Below, one piece after another: positions 1 to 8,634 of a DNA stretch of 64,000 bases. The stretch is taken from NCBI GenBank assembly GCA_965197395.1, contig CBDANB010000007.1, positions 1,222,986-1,286,985 on the forward strand. Direction: 5' to 3'. Numbering within the stretch: the stretch's first letter is position 1; each line of letters begins with the position of its first letter. This DNA comes from Vicinamibacterales bacterium. Lineage in GTDB: Bacteria; Acidobacteriota; Vicinamibacteria; Vicinamibacterales; UBA8438. The translations under genes were made by a program, and so were the position numbers. The notes under the pieces are model-generated. The model was not told the origin of the DNA and ran no database searches. It saw only the letters and a list, made by a program, of their open reading frames with translations.

Positions 1-344
1 CGGCCCGGGTCGCCGCCCAACCGGACGACGCCGTCACGCATCGCGGCAAGGTCGACCACTGCGGGCACCCCGGTGAAATCCTGCAGTAGGACCCGCGCCG
101 GCATGAAGGCAATCTCTGCCGCGAGCCCTGGCGTCCAGCGGGCGAGCGCCTCGATGTCGTCCGCCGTCACCGAACCGCCGTCCTCACGGCGGAGCATGTT
201 CTCCAGCAGGATCTTGAGTGAATACGGCAGCCGGCCCACGGTGGGATAGCCGTTGGATTCGAGCGCGCGGAGGTTGTACAGCTCGACGGTGGTACCGTCG
301 CCGGCAGGCAGTGCCTGGCGCGTGCCAAAGGAGTTGAGGCTCAT
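1..344 (-). CDS. acnA: aconitate hydratase (AcnA), N-terminal fragment; the gene continues past the window start
   Basis: Own minus-strand translation from the ATG at 344-342: MSLNSFGTRQALPAGDGTTVELYNLRALESNGYPTVGRLPYSLKILLENMLRREDGG...EIAFMPARVLLQDFTGVPAVVDLAAMRD. This carries the typical aconitase A N-terminal motifs LPYSLKILLEN and PARVLLQDFTGVP. It is absent from the ORF track because it runs off the edge. Confidence 0.85.
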   Translation of the reverse strand, partial: MSLNSFGTRQALPAGDGTTVELYNLRALESNGYPTVGRLPYSLKILLENMLRREDGGSVTADDIEALARWTPGLAAEIAFMPARVLLQDFTGVPAVVDLAAMRDGVVRLGGDPG

Positions 345-487
345 GGTCTGTCTGTACCAGCGAGGTCCCCAGCGGCGATGCACGTAAGCGCCGGGTTTAG
401 AATGCCGTCGACTCGTCGGACGGAATCCTCAATGATCCTTCACGATCGACCTGTGACGCAAGGCCCCGCCCGACCGGGTGGACGCCC

Positions 488-1366
488 ATGACCCGACCGC
501 GTCTCGGCGCGCACATGTCGATCGCCGGCGGCGTGCCGTGCGCGATCGAACGCGCGGTCGCGACGGGGTGCGAAGCCCTGCAGATCTTCACGAAGAACTC
601 GAACCAGTGGCGCGCCCGGCCGATCCCTGACGCGGAGATCGAAGATTTCCGCGCGAGGGCGCACGCGAGCAGCATCGACTCGATCGTGTCGCATGCGAGC
701 TATCTGATCAACCTGGCGGCGCCCGATCGCGCCCTGCGCCAGCGGTCGATCGCGGCGCTGGAGGACGAGCTCCACCGGGGAGACCAGCTCGGACTCTCCG
801 GCGTCGTCCTCCACCCGGGGGCGTACACGACCGGCACGGAACAGGACGGGGTGAAGTGGATCGCCGAAGGAATCGCCCACGCGCAGTCCCGCCAGACAGG
901 CCGCACGCCGGTGGTGCTCGAGCATACGGCGGGGCAGGGCACGATGCTCGGGCATCGGTTCGAGCAGCTACGCGCGATGATCGACGACCTCGACGACGCG
1001 GCGCACGTGACGATTTGTCTGGACACGTGCCACCTGGTCGCCGCCGGTTACGACATCGTCTCGGAGACCGGCTATCGCCGAGTGTGCGACGAGTTCGACG
1101 CCGTGCTCGGGTTCGATCGCCTGACGGTCGTGCATCTCAACGACTCGAAGAAGCCGCTCGGCAGCCGCGTCGACCGCCACGACAACATCGGACAGGGCTG
1201 CATCGGCACGGAGCCGTTCCGCAGGCTGCTGCGGGACCCGCGGTTCGCACACATGCCGATGGTGCTCGAGACGCCCAAGGCCGGACGTGGCCAACCGCCC
1301 GGGACCGACGCCGATCCCCAGGACCTCGAGAACCTCGCGCTCTTGCGACGACTCCGCGATGAATGA
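488..1366 (+). CDS. nfo: deoxyribonuclease IV (endonuclease IV, AP endonuclease family 2)
   Basis: 292-aa ORF. The N-terminus LGAHMSIAGG...ALQIFTKNSNQW and the motifs HASYLINLA and HLNDSK are typical of Nfo. Confidence 0.9.
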   Translation: MTRPRLGAHMSIAGGVPCAIERAVATGCEALQIFTKNSNQWRARPIPDAEIEDFRARAHASSIDSIVSHASYLINLAAPDRALRQRSIAALEDELHRGDQLGLSGVVLHPGAYTTGTEQDGVKWIAEGIAHAQSRQTGRTPVVLEHTAGQGTMLGHRFEQLRAMIDDLDDAAHVTICLDTCHLVAAGYDIVSETGYRRVCDEFDAVLGFDRLTVVHLNDSKKPLGSRVDRHDNIGQGCIGTEPFRRLLRDPRFAHMPMVLETPKAGRGQPPGTDADPQDLENLALLRRLRDE

Positions 1367-1404
1367 GGGCGCCACGGCTCCCGACCAACGGCCTGTCGCG
1401 CAGG

Positions 1405-1956
1405 TCACTCCGATTCGCTGAACACCTCGGCTTCGAACGTCCACACCCTGGCGCCGCGCGTCCAGGCATCCTCCGGCAGACCGGCCTTGCGACAGGTCTG
1501 GCCCAGGAATGTGCGCGCGTCCCAGCCCCACTCGACCGCCACCTGCGGCAACAGCAGACCGCGATGCGCGCCGTCGTCGACGACCAGGCCGTGGCGGCCC
1601 ACATCGATCGCGGTTGCGTCTCGGAGCTCGGTCAGCGGGCCGAGCACGGAGACCTCGAACACGACGTCGGCGAGCTCGACGCGCGACAGCGCAGGGAAGC
1701 GCGGATCCTCGGTTGCCGCGGAAACGGCGACACGACGGACGATGTCGGCCAGCGGCGCGTCGGCGTCGACGTGACCGATGCAGCCGCGGAGCGCCCCCGC
1801 CAGGTGGATCGTAACGAACGCGCCAGCCCGGCGGCGCAGTGTGTCGGCGTCGCCGGTGTCCGCCGTGCCGTCGGGTCGCGGGTGGTCGAGTCTCGCGGCC
1901 ACCGCGCCGCGCGCAATCAACAGTAGACGCCGTCCTTCAGCGTCGGACAGACCCAT
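1405..1956 (-). CDS. AMMECR1 domain protein (AmmeMemoRadiSam system protein A-like)
   Basis: 183-aa ORF with GAFVTI...LRGCIGH and LLPQVA motifs characteristic of the AMMECR1 family. It lies 5 nt downstream of a Memo-like gene. Confidence 0.85.
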   Translation of the reverse strand: MGLSDAEGRRLLLIARGAVAARLDHPRPDGTADTGDADTLRRRAGAFVTIHLAGALRGCIGHVDADAPLADIVRRVAVSAATEDPRFPALSRVELADVVFEVSVLGPLTELRDATAIDVGRHGLVVDDGAHRGLLLPQVAVEWGWDARTFLGQTCRKAGLPEDAWTRGARVWTFEAEVFSESE

Positions 1957-1960
1957 CCGC

Positions 1961-2821
1961 TCACTCCATCACGGCCGCGAGGTATCCGACCACCTGCCGC
2001 TTGTCACCCGACACGTCCCCGGAATCGGCGCGCATGAGCACCTGGCCCCGTGTCGCGCCGAGCGCACGTGCGGCCCGCATCACGCTGATCGCGGCTCCCC
2101 CCCCGCAGGCCACCGAGCGTCCGCGCTCGGGCTCCGGATACCGCTCGAACTCGGTCAGCAGCCCATCCGCGTCGAATCGTTCCACGAAGCCAGCAACGCG
2201 CCCGTCAAGCTCGGCTGCTCGGTCGGCGTCGAAATAGTGCGACAGATCGGTGCTGGCCACGAGCAGCGCTCTGGTGTCGGCCAACGTCTCGGCGAGCAGG
2301 TCGGCGAGGGCGAGGATGGTCGAGCGCACCTGATAGCCGACGACCAGCGGCACGATGGGCGTGTCGGGAAGGACCCGCCGCAGAAACGGCAGCTGGAGCT
2401 CGAGTGAGTGCTCTCGTGCATGGGCCTCAGGGTTGAGTACGACCAACGGAGATCGCGTATGAAGACGCGCCGCCAGCGCGGCATCGACCGTTATCGGCCC
2501 GAGTGGCGTGTCGAACGCGCCGCGCGCATAGACGGACACGCCGTCGAATCCGACGAAGTGAGACGGGCCGACCAGCACGACGACGTCGTATGGCCCGCCC
2601 CGCACCGCAGCATACGCGTGCGCCGCAACCGGCCCCGAATAGATCAGCCCGGCGTGCGGCGCGATGAGCGCACGGACACGCGGCCGGCGACTCTCGCTCG
2701 CGCGATGGAGGTAGCCATCCACCTCAGCTGAGAGAGCCCCCCCGTCCGCCGGATACCACGTACCGGCGACGGCGGCCGGCCGTAGCGGCTCGAGTGCCTC
2801 TTCCTGGCGCTGGGGTCCCAT
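1961..2821 (-). CDS. MEMO1-family protein (AmmeMemoRadiSam system protein B-like)
   Basis: The ORF track gives 1961..2869. I prefer the internal ATG at 2821 (MGPQRQEE...). AGTWYP, APHAGLIYSG and GPSH motifs fit the Memo family. Confidence 0.8.
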   Translation of the reverse strand: MGPQRQEEALEPLRPAAVAGTWYPADGGALSAEVDGYLHRASESRRPRVRALIAPHAGLIYSGPVAAHAYAAVRGGPYDVVVLVGPSHFVGFDGVSVYARGAFDTPLGPITVDAALAARLHTRSPLVVLNPEAHAREHSLELQLPFLRRVLPDTPIVPLVVGYQVRSTILALADLLAETLADTRALLVASTDLSHYFDADRAAELDGRVAGFVERFDADGLLTEFERYPEPERGRSVACGGGAAISVMRAARALGATRGQVLMRADSGDVSGDKRQVVGYLAAVME

Positions 2822-2969
2822 GAGATCGTCCGTTCGCGTGTGCTGGCGGTGGCCGCGCTCACGGCCCATTCCGTCGACGAGACGCGTCGTCGCGCAGGTC
2901 GCACGCCGCGCGCGCTGCGTTGACCGCCGACAGCCACTCTACTATTCTGGCCTCGAGTCCCCCCGTGAG

Positions 2970-3860
2970 GTGAGCGTGACCCGAATCGCTGTGTCGTGCG
3001 CCGTCGCGATCCTGTCGATCTTGCTGTCGGTTGGTCTCGCCGCGCAAGACTACGTCGCGGAGACCGAGTCGTGGCGCGCCGAGCGGGAGGCGCGTCTCAC
3101 GGCCGACGACGGGTGGTTGACGGTCGCGGGTCTCTTCTTCCTCACGGAGGGCGAGAACAGCTTCGGGTCGTCGCCAGTCAACGACATTGTGATCCGCACC
3201 GGGCCTGAGCGTGCGGGCATCGTCACCCTGGACGACGGGCGGATCACGGTGCGTGCCGCCGTGGGCACCACGCTGTCGGTAGACGGACAAGATGTCGTGT
3301 CCGCGCGGCTGTGGCCGTTCGAGGGCAACGACCGTCCGACGATCACGGTGGGACCGCTCAGCCTGTTCGCGCATTACAGCGGCGAGCGCCTGGCCATTCG
3401 GATGCGGGACCGCGACAGCGATATCCTCCGACAGTTCCGCGGACTGCAATGGTTTCCCGTCGACGACCGCTACCGCGTGCGCGGCCGATACGTGCCGCAC
3501 GACGAACCGGTAACGATTACGCTCCCGAACATCCTCGGAGACGTCGAGGTGTTTCAGAGCAGCGGATCGGTGGCGCTGCGTGTCGGCGGACGCGCGCTGC
3601 GTATGATGGCGATCGACTCGGGCGATCGGCTGTGGTTCATCTTCCGGGATATGACGAGCGGGACCGAGACCTATCCGGCGGCGCGCTTTCTGTACGCGGA
3701 CGCCCCGGCGAACGGGGTGACCGTCGTCGACTTCAACCGGGCCTACAACCCGCCCTGCGCGTTCAACCCGTATACCACCTGTCCGCTGCCGCCGCCGGAG
3801 AATCGCCTACCGATTCGGATCGAAGCCGGCGAGATGGACTACCACGCCGCGAACGAATGA
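2970..3860 (+). CDS. DUF1684 domain protein with N-terminal signal/TM segment
   Basis: The track ORF is 2820..3860. The likely start is a GTG at 2970 or 2976, just before the hydrophobic segment IAVSCAVAILSILLSVGLAA. WRAEREARL...DGWLTVAGLFFL resembles DUF1684. Confidence 0.7.
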   Translation: MSVTRIAVSCAVAILSILLSVGLAAQDYVAETESWRAEREARLTADDGWLTVAGLFFLTEGENSFGSSPVNDIVIRTGPERAGIVTLDDGRITVRAAVGTTLSVDGQDVVSARLWPFEGNDRPTITVGPLSLFAHYSGERLAIRMRDRDSDILRQFRGLQWFPVDDRYRVRGRYVPHDEPVTITLPNILGDVEVFQSSGSVALRVGGRALRMMAIDSGDRLWFIFRDMTSGTETYPAARFLYADAPANGVTVVDFNRAYNPPCAFNPYTTCPLPPPENRLPIRIEAGEMDYHAANE

Positions 3861-3974
3861 GTGAAGTGCGCGACCGAGCGCTGTGCGCACTCGCATCCCA
3901 CGGTCGGTGACGACGGGCTGGCGCGAGAAGCCTTGACCGAGGATCGGTGACGGCTGAGGGCGGGGGCGCCCAGA

Positions 3975-4226
3975 TCAGGCGAAGCCGGCCAGTTCGGCCG
4001 ACACGATCTTCTGGCACTCCGGACAGGCGAGCACCCGCCCGCGTCTCGGCAAGGTCGAGGTGAAGTTCACCCGGGTGCGCAGCAATCGTACGACCTTGAG
4101 CACGTCGAGATCGGCCTCGCAGTGCGGGCACTTGACGGAGTTCTCCAGCGTGTACTCGGCCTCGGCCTCTCGACCGGACAGGCCCTCCGACCCCACCGCG
4201 ATCTCGCGAACGTCGGCGTCAGACAT
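3975..4226 (-). CDS. small zinc-ribbon protein, function unknown
   Basis: 83 aa with high GC3 throughout. It has two CxxC pairs (CPHC...CPEC). Confidence 0.6.
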   Translation of the reverse strand: MSDADVREIAVGSEGLSGREAEAEYTLENSVKCPHCEADLDVLKVVRLLRTRVNFTSTLPRRGRVLACPECQKIVSAELAGFA

Positions 4227-4315
4227 GGCACCCAGCGTCCGGCCCTCTCCGGTTGACGGGACGCACTCTCCCTATTGTCGGCCGAATGGGGTCCGAGCGC
4301 CACCCGGTGGGCTGG

Positions 4316-5191
4316 CTACGTCGCTCGCGCATACAGATCCAGCACTCCGCCCGCACGCGCGGCCTCGAGCGGCGTCCTGATCGCGGCGGTCACCCACCAC
4401 GGGCGCCCCGCTCGCTCGAGCACCGGGGTCTCTACCCGCGTCACCTCGAACCCGGCCGCGGCAACGATCCGCGTGAGCGTCGCCGGCGTGAAGAACCAGA
4501 GGTGGTGAAGCGCGCCGTAATGTTTCCATCGCTGGCGCTTGAGACCCAGGCGGCTCTGCCAGCTCTTCAGACGCGGACTCAATCCAGCCATATTGGGCAC
4601 GCCCACGAATAGAATACCATCGGCGGCGAGGAGCCCTCGGGCGCGTCTGAGCTCCTCGAGCGGGTTCTGCGTGTGCTCGAGCACGTGGTTGAACCTGACA
4701 ACGTCGAAGCGGGTGGCGTCGTCGAACCCAATGTGCGGGAGCTCACCTTCCCAGAGGCGCACGCCCGTATCCCGCGCCGCCGCCGTCAGCGTCACATCGG
4801 TGCCGTCCACGTGCCAGCCGTCGTCCACCGCGAAGCGGATGAACGCCCCGGCTCCACAGCCCACGTCGAGCAGTGCGCGGCGCGGCGGGGGGAGGAGACC
4901 CGTGAGCGTCGCGAGTTGCCGCGCATAGTGTCGGCGCCGGGCGGGATCGATGGCGCGGTCAGCAGCCGGATGGTATGCGGCGCCGTAGACCGCTGTCGCG
5001 AGTTGCTCGAAGATCGGACGGGGGTGCTGGAATTCGAGCCCGCAGCGCGCGCAGCGCGCGAGCGACAACCCCTGGAAGTCGACACCAATGGCGCGAGGCG
5101 GGCACTGACACATCGGGCACGCCACCGCTTCTCGCGCCGACAGCGCCGCGTCCACCTCGACGCGCGACCGACCAAAGAGCGAACCGGTCAT
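4316..5191 (-). CDS. class I SAM-dependent methyltransferase with N-terminal zinc-ribbon
   Basis: 291 aa. It has CPMCQC...CARCG Cys pairs and the SAM-binding motif LLDVGCGAGAF. Confidence 0.8.
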   Translation of the reverse strand: MTGSLFGRSRVEVDAALSAREAVACPMCQCPPRAIGVDFQGLSLARCARCGLEFQHPRPIFEQLATAVYGAAYHPAADRAIDPARRRHYARQLATLTGLLPPPRRALLDVGCGAGAFIRFAVDDGWHVDGTDVTLTAAARDTGVRLWEGELPHIGFDDATRFDVVRFNHVLEHTQNPLEELRRARGLLAADGILFVGVPNMAGLSPRLKSWQSRLGLKRQRWKHYGALHHLWFFTPATLTRIVAAAGFEVTRVETPVLERAGRPWWVTAAIRTPLEAARAGGVLDLYARAT

Positions 5192-5197
5192 TCTCTA

Positions 5198-5286
5198 GAT
5201 GGGGCTGCGCCCCAAGCCCCCGCGACCGCTGCGTGGGGACCCCGAGTGCCCCACTCCGCGGCCGCACGGCGCGCCGTGCGCGCCTG
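5198..5286 (+). repeat. REP-like extragenic palindromic element, copy A
   Basis: About 90 bp, nearly identical to the reverse complement of 12961-13049. It contains three stem-loops: GGGGCT..AGCCCC, GTGGGG(5233-5238)/CCCCAC(5249-5254), and GGCGCGC-CGT-GCGCGCC. Confidence 0.8.
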
Positions 5287-5324
5287 GCCGTCGACACCGA
5301 TCCATCTCGCTCCGGCCTGACCCA

Positions 5325-5375
5325 GATGGGGCTTCGCCCCAAGCTCCCACGCTGTGCGCCGTGCTTCGGCGCGAC
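5325..5375 (+). repeat. partial second copy of the REP-like element (head only)
   Basis: It repeats GATGGGGCTTCGCCCCAAGC, then diverges into a different GC hairpin (GCGCCG-TGCTT-CGGCGC). Confidence 0.55.
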
Positions 5376-5473
5376 GTGTCTCTTTTGCACACGTGACGGA
5401 CAGTCGAAACACCTCGTCAATCATGGCATGCCCCCCGTACCGCGCGCCCGAGCCGGGGTGCTACGATCCGCGC

Positions 5474-5788
5474 ATGGCCGAGCGCTTGACGCGGGCGGAG
5501 GTCGAGCGCATCGCCGCGCTGGCACATCTAGAGCTCACAGCGGACGAGGCGGAGCGATTCACCAGACAGCTTGGTGACATCCTCGATTACGCGGAGCGGC
5601 TACGCCACGTCGATACGACCGGGACGACCGAGAGCTGGCGCCCAAGCGCGCCGGAGTCCGCACTACGGGCGGACACGGTGCGCCCATCGCTGGGTCCGCG
5701 TGATGCGCTGGCCAACGCCCCAGACGCCTCGCCAGCCGACCGGGACTCGGACACCGGCTTCTTTCGGGTACCCCGGGTGATCGGTTGA
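5474..5788 (+). CDS. gatC: Asp-tRNA(Asn)/Glu-tRNA(Gln) amidotransferase subunit C
   Basis: Internal ATG at 5474 within track ORF 5354..5788. [43 protein letters not shown] is a typical GatC. It sits directly upstream of gatA. Confidence 0.85.
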   Translation: MAERLTRAEVERIAALAHLELTADEAERFTRQLGDILDYAERLRHVDTTGTTESWRPSAPESALRADTVRPSLGPRDALANAPDASPADRDSDTGFFRVPRVIG

Positions 5789-7323
5789 TGCCGCCGAACG
5801 CGGCGCCCGACGAGTGGACCGTCGCGACGATTCGCGCCGCGGTGGCCAGCGGCGACCGCTCGGCCGTCGACGTGTGCCAGACCTACCTCGACTGGATCGC
5901 CGAGGCTGACGGATACCTGAACGCCATGACCCTGGTGCTCCGAGACGAAGCCCTTGCTCGGGCCGCCGAGGTCGACGCGCGCCGTGCCGAATGGCGCGAT
6001 CGACCACTGCTCGGGGTCCCCATCACGATCAAGGACGTCATCTGCACGCGCGGTCACCCAACGACGGCCGCGTCGCGCATGCTCGAGGGGTTCCGGCCGC
6101 CATACGACGCGACGGTCGTTGCGCGCCTACGCGCGGCGGGCGCCATCGTGATCGGTAAGACCAACTGCGACGAGTTCGCGATGGGGTCGTCCACCGAGCA
6201 TTCGGCCTACGGGCCCACCCGCAACCCGTGGGCACCGAGCCGCACGCCAGGTGGGTCGAGCGGCGGGGCAGCCGCTGCGGTCGCGGCCCGGTTTGCGCCG
6301 GCCTCGATCGCCTCCGATACCGGCGGCTCGATCCGCCAACCCGCAGCGTTTTGCGGCGTCGTCGGTCTCAAGCCGACCTATGGTCGCGTCTCCCGCTACG
6401 GCCTCCTCGCCTTTGGATCGTCGCTCGATCAGATTGGCCCGATCACGCTGACGGTCGCCGATGCGGCGACCGTCTTCGAGGCGATCGCGGGTGCCGATCC
6501 CTGCGACGCGACGTCTGTCGATACGCCTGTCGCCCCCGTCGACGCCAACCTGACGCGTGGGACCGCCGGCACGCGTATCGGGGTGCCGCGCGCCGTCCTC
6601 GATGCGAGTGACGCGTGTCTCGATGCACACGTGCGGCAGTCGTTCGAGTCGGCGCTCGGCAGGCTGGCGGAGCTCGGCGCGGACGTGGTCGACATCGAGC
6701 TTCCGCACGCCGGATATGCCGTGCCGGTCTACTACCTGGTCGCGCCAGCCGAAGCGAGCGCCAACCTCGCCCGATACGACGGCGTGCGATTCGGTTTCCG
6801 CGCGGCGCCGGCCGAACCGGACAGCCTGCCGACGGCCTCGCTGGCGGGCATGTATGACCGGACGCGACACGCGGGATTCGGCGCCGAGGTGAAGCGGAGA
6901 ATCATGCTCGGCACCTACGCGTTGAGCGCCGGGTACTACGACGCGTACTACCGAAAAGCCCAGCAGGTGCGAAGCCTGATCCGCCGTGACTACGACGTCG
7001 CGTTCGCCGACCAGGGCGTCGACGTCGTCGCCATCCCGACGACCCCGTCGCCGGCGTTCGCCCTCGGTGAGCGCACGGACGACCCGCTCTCGATGTATCT
7101 CGGCGATGTCTTCACCGTGAGCGCCAACCTGACCGGGCTACCCGCGATCAGCCTGCCGGCTGGCCTGACGGCGGACGGGCTCCCGACGGGGTTCCAGCTG
7201 ATCGGCCGCCCATTCGACGAGTCGATGCTCTTCCGACTCGGCGGAGCGCTCGAGCGTGCGGCGCCATGGTGGCGCGAACGACCGTCCGTGGCGGGATTCG
7301 GGGGCGAAGACCCCGTCTCGTGA
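5788..7323 (+). CDS. gatA: Asp-tRNA(Asn)/Glu-tRNA(Gln) amidotransferase subunit A (amidase signature)
   Basis: The track ORF starts at the TTG at 5785. The ATG at 5788 overlaps the gatC stop (TGATG). The amidase signature [12 protein letters not shown]...[11 protein letters not shown] is present. Confidence 0.93.
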   Translation: MPPNAAPDEWTVATIRAAVASGDRSAVDVCQTYLDWIAEADGYLNAMTLVLRDEALARAAEVDARRAEWRDRPLLGVPITIKDVICTRGHPTTAASRMLEGFRPPYDATVVARLRAAGAIVIGKTNCDEFAMGSSTEHSAYGPTRNPWAPSRTPGGSSGGAAAAVAARFAPASIASDTGGSIRQPAAFCGVVGLKPTYGRVSRYGLLAFGSSLDQIGPITLTVADAATVFEAIAGADPCDATSVDTPVAPVDANLTRGTAGTRIGVPRAVLDASDACLDAHVRQSFESALGRLAELGADVVDIELPHAGYAVPVYYLVAPAEASANLARYDGVRFGFRAAPAEPDSLPTASLAGMYDRTRHAGFGAEVKRRIMLGTYALSAGYYDAYYRKAQQVRSLIRRDYDVAFADQGVDVVAIPTTPSPAFALGERTDDPLSMYLGDVFTVSANLTGLPAISLPAGLTADGLPTGFQLIGRPFDESMLFRLGGALERAAPWWRERPSVAGFGGEDPVS

Positions 7324-7334
7324 GAAGCCCGTGG

Positions 7335-7661
7335 CTAGGCGGCCGCGGCGGGGCGGAAGAGCACGGCGAAGACTCCCCACACGACGGCGGCGAGCAGCAG
7401 CAACGGAAGCAATGGAAGGACGACGGTGACGGCCAGCGCGACGAGACCCGCGGCCGCAACAAGGGGAACGATGGCGACGCCAACGAGGCCGCCGAACACG
7501 GCCTTGACCAGCAGCAACGGCAAGAGCAGCATCCAGCCGATGAGTCGGAGCGGCAACAGGACGAGCCAGACCAAAGCTTTCAGGACCATCAGCATCGTGA
7601 CCACCATTCCGGCGACCACGAGTCCGGCGACGAGGAGCGCGATGAGGGCAACAATCTCCAT
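7335..7661 (-). CDS. highly hydrophobic small membrane protein, unknown function
   Basis: 108 aa, almost entirely L/V/A TM segments. GC3 is high across the ORF. Confidence 0.5.
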   Translation of the reverse strand: MEIVALIALLVAGLVVAGMVVTMLMVLKALVWLVLLPLRLIGWMLLLPLLLVKAVFGGLVGVAIVPLVAAAGLVALAVTVVLPLLPLLLLAAVVWGVFAVLFRPAAAA

Positions 7662-7667
7662 CGTGTG

Positions 7668-7931
7668 CTAATCCTTACGGCCGGCCTGCTCCAGAAGCTC
7701 CGGGGTCCGGAGTTGGTCCGCCGGCCCGCGAGGCGCGTCCGGAGACAGGTATCCGAATCCGCGTTTCTGCTCGTCATACAGGTTGCGCACGATGAGCGAA
7801 TCGCGCTGGGACCGAAACTTCAACTTCGTGAAGCCGAAGACAAAGACGAAGCCGATGAAGAGGAACAGCACGAACCCGGTCGACAGGAGCAGGCCTTGCA
7901 ACGCGCCGACCGCGATCTCGAACGGCGTCAC
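7668..7931 (-). CDS. small membrane protein, unknown function
   Basis: 87 aa. The GTG start overlaps the rpoZ stop (GTGA). It has one TM segment (LLLSTGFVLFLFIGFVFVFGF) and high GC3. Confidence 0.55.
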   Translation of the reverse strand: MTPFEIAVGALQGLLLSTGFVLFLFIGFVFVFGFTKLKFRSQRDSLIVRNLYDEQKRGFGYLSPDAPRGPADQLRTPELLEQAGRKD

Positions 7932-8254
7932 GCGCCCCCGCTTCCGGGCGGCTTGGGCTCCGGCACTTCATAGAGGACCAACCCGCCGTCCACCTCGCGC
8001 ATCGCCACTCGCTCGAGCTTGCTCTGTGGATCGGGGCGCACGCCGGTCTCGGGATCGGGTGTGAGATGCTTCAGGCGCGGCAACGCGCCGCGCCGCAGCT
8101 GCTTTGCCCGCTGCGCGGCCACGTCGACGTAGAGGAAGCGGCTTTCGATCGGCGGGAGTGGGTCGCGCTCGACCGGCGGCTCCGGTTCGGCACTGGCGCC
8201 GGAGTCGATGTCCGTTACGGATTCCGCCTCGGTCAGCCCGTCTTCTTCACTCAT
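7928..8254 (-). CDS. rpoZ: DNA-directed RNA polymerase subunit omega
   Basis: Internal ATG at 8254 of track ORF 7928..8395. SRFLYVDVAAQRAKQLRRGA and RVAMREVDGGLV parallel the E. coli omega motifs NRFDLVLVAARRARQM and IALREIEEGLI. Confidence 0.8.
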   Translation of the reverse strand: MSEEDGLTEAESVTDIDSGASAEPEPPVERDPLPPIESRFLYVDVAAQRAKQLRRGALPRLKHLTPDPETGVRPDPQSKLERVAMREVDGGLVLYEVPEPKPPGSGGA

Positions 8255-8471
8255 AGCCGTCAAGAATACGCGAAACGGTTGGGCGCTGTCTCCCATGATC
8301 TGATGGCCACGGCGCGCCGATCCCCGGTACAGCTTCGAACCACTCCCCATTGAGCACGTAGTACGCGGGCTCGCCAGCGATATACAGCACGACACCCCCG
8401 ATGTCGTCGGTCACGGGCACGATCGATCGCGCATCGAGGTCCGTGCGTCGAGGATGGGCTTGGTCGGTCAT
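8247..8471 (-). CDS. hypothetical small protein (uncertain)
   Basis: 74-aa ORF. The first ~45 codons have high GC3 and the last ~30 drop to about half. The stop overlaps the rpoZ start by 8 nt. Confidence 0.35.
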   Translation of the reverse strand: MTDQAHPRRTDLDARSIVPVTDDIGGVVLYIAGEPAYYVLNGEWFEAVPGIGAPWPSDHGRQRPTVSRILDGYE

Positions 8472-8520
8472 CGGCTCGTGTGACTGCCGCCTCCTGTCGA
8501 GGGGAAAGGTAAACCGATCG

Positions 8521-8589
8521 TAGCGAATATATTATTGGTTGTAAAGTATAAAATATTAGTTATATATACTCATATCATAGGCATAAAGT
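8521..8589. promoter_or_regulatory. AT-rich island (about 22% G+C) in a divergent intergenic region; probable divergent promoters
   Basis: I counted 15 G/C in 68 nt. It contains TTGTAA-N16-TATATA on the plus strand (8539-8566) and several TATA-like hexamers on both strands. It lies between the rpoZ operon (minus) and the ymdB operon (plus). Confidence 0.45.
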
Positions 8590-8634
8590 CGGACTCCGCC
8601 AGGTAGGGCGTCTGATGTGAACGATTTATGAGGA

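Noticed and set aside
5474-7323. gatC-gatA without an adjacent gatB, and the coexistence of GatCA with a dedicated AsnRS (25589..26890).
   Set aside because: gatB is frequently unlinked in bacteria. GatCAB is still required for Gln-tRNA formation when AsnRS is present, so this is not an anomaly.
8521-8589. The AT-rich island considered as a replication origin or DNA-unwinding element.
   Set aside because: I saw no DnaA-box-like 9-mers (TTATCCACA or its complement) in or around it, and no dnaA, dnaN or gyrB context. A divergent-promoter role is the simpler explanation.
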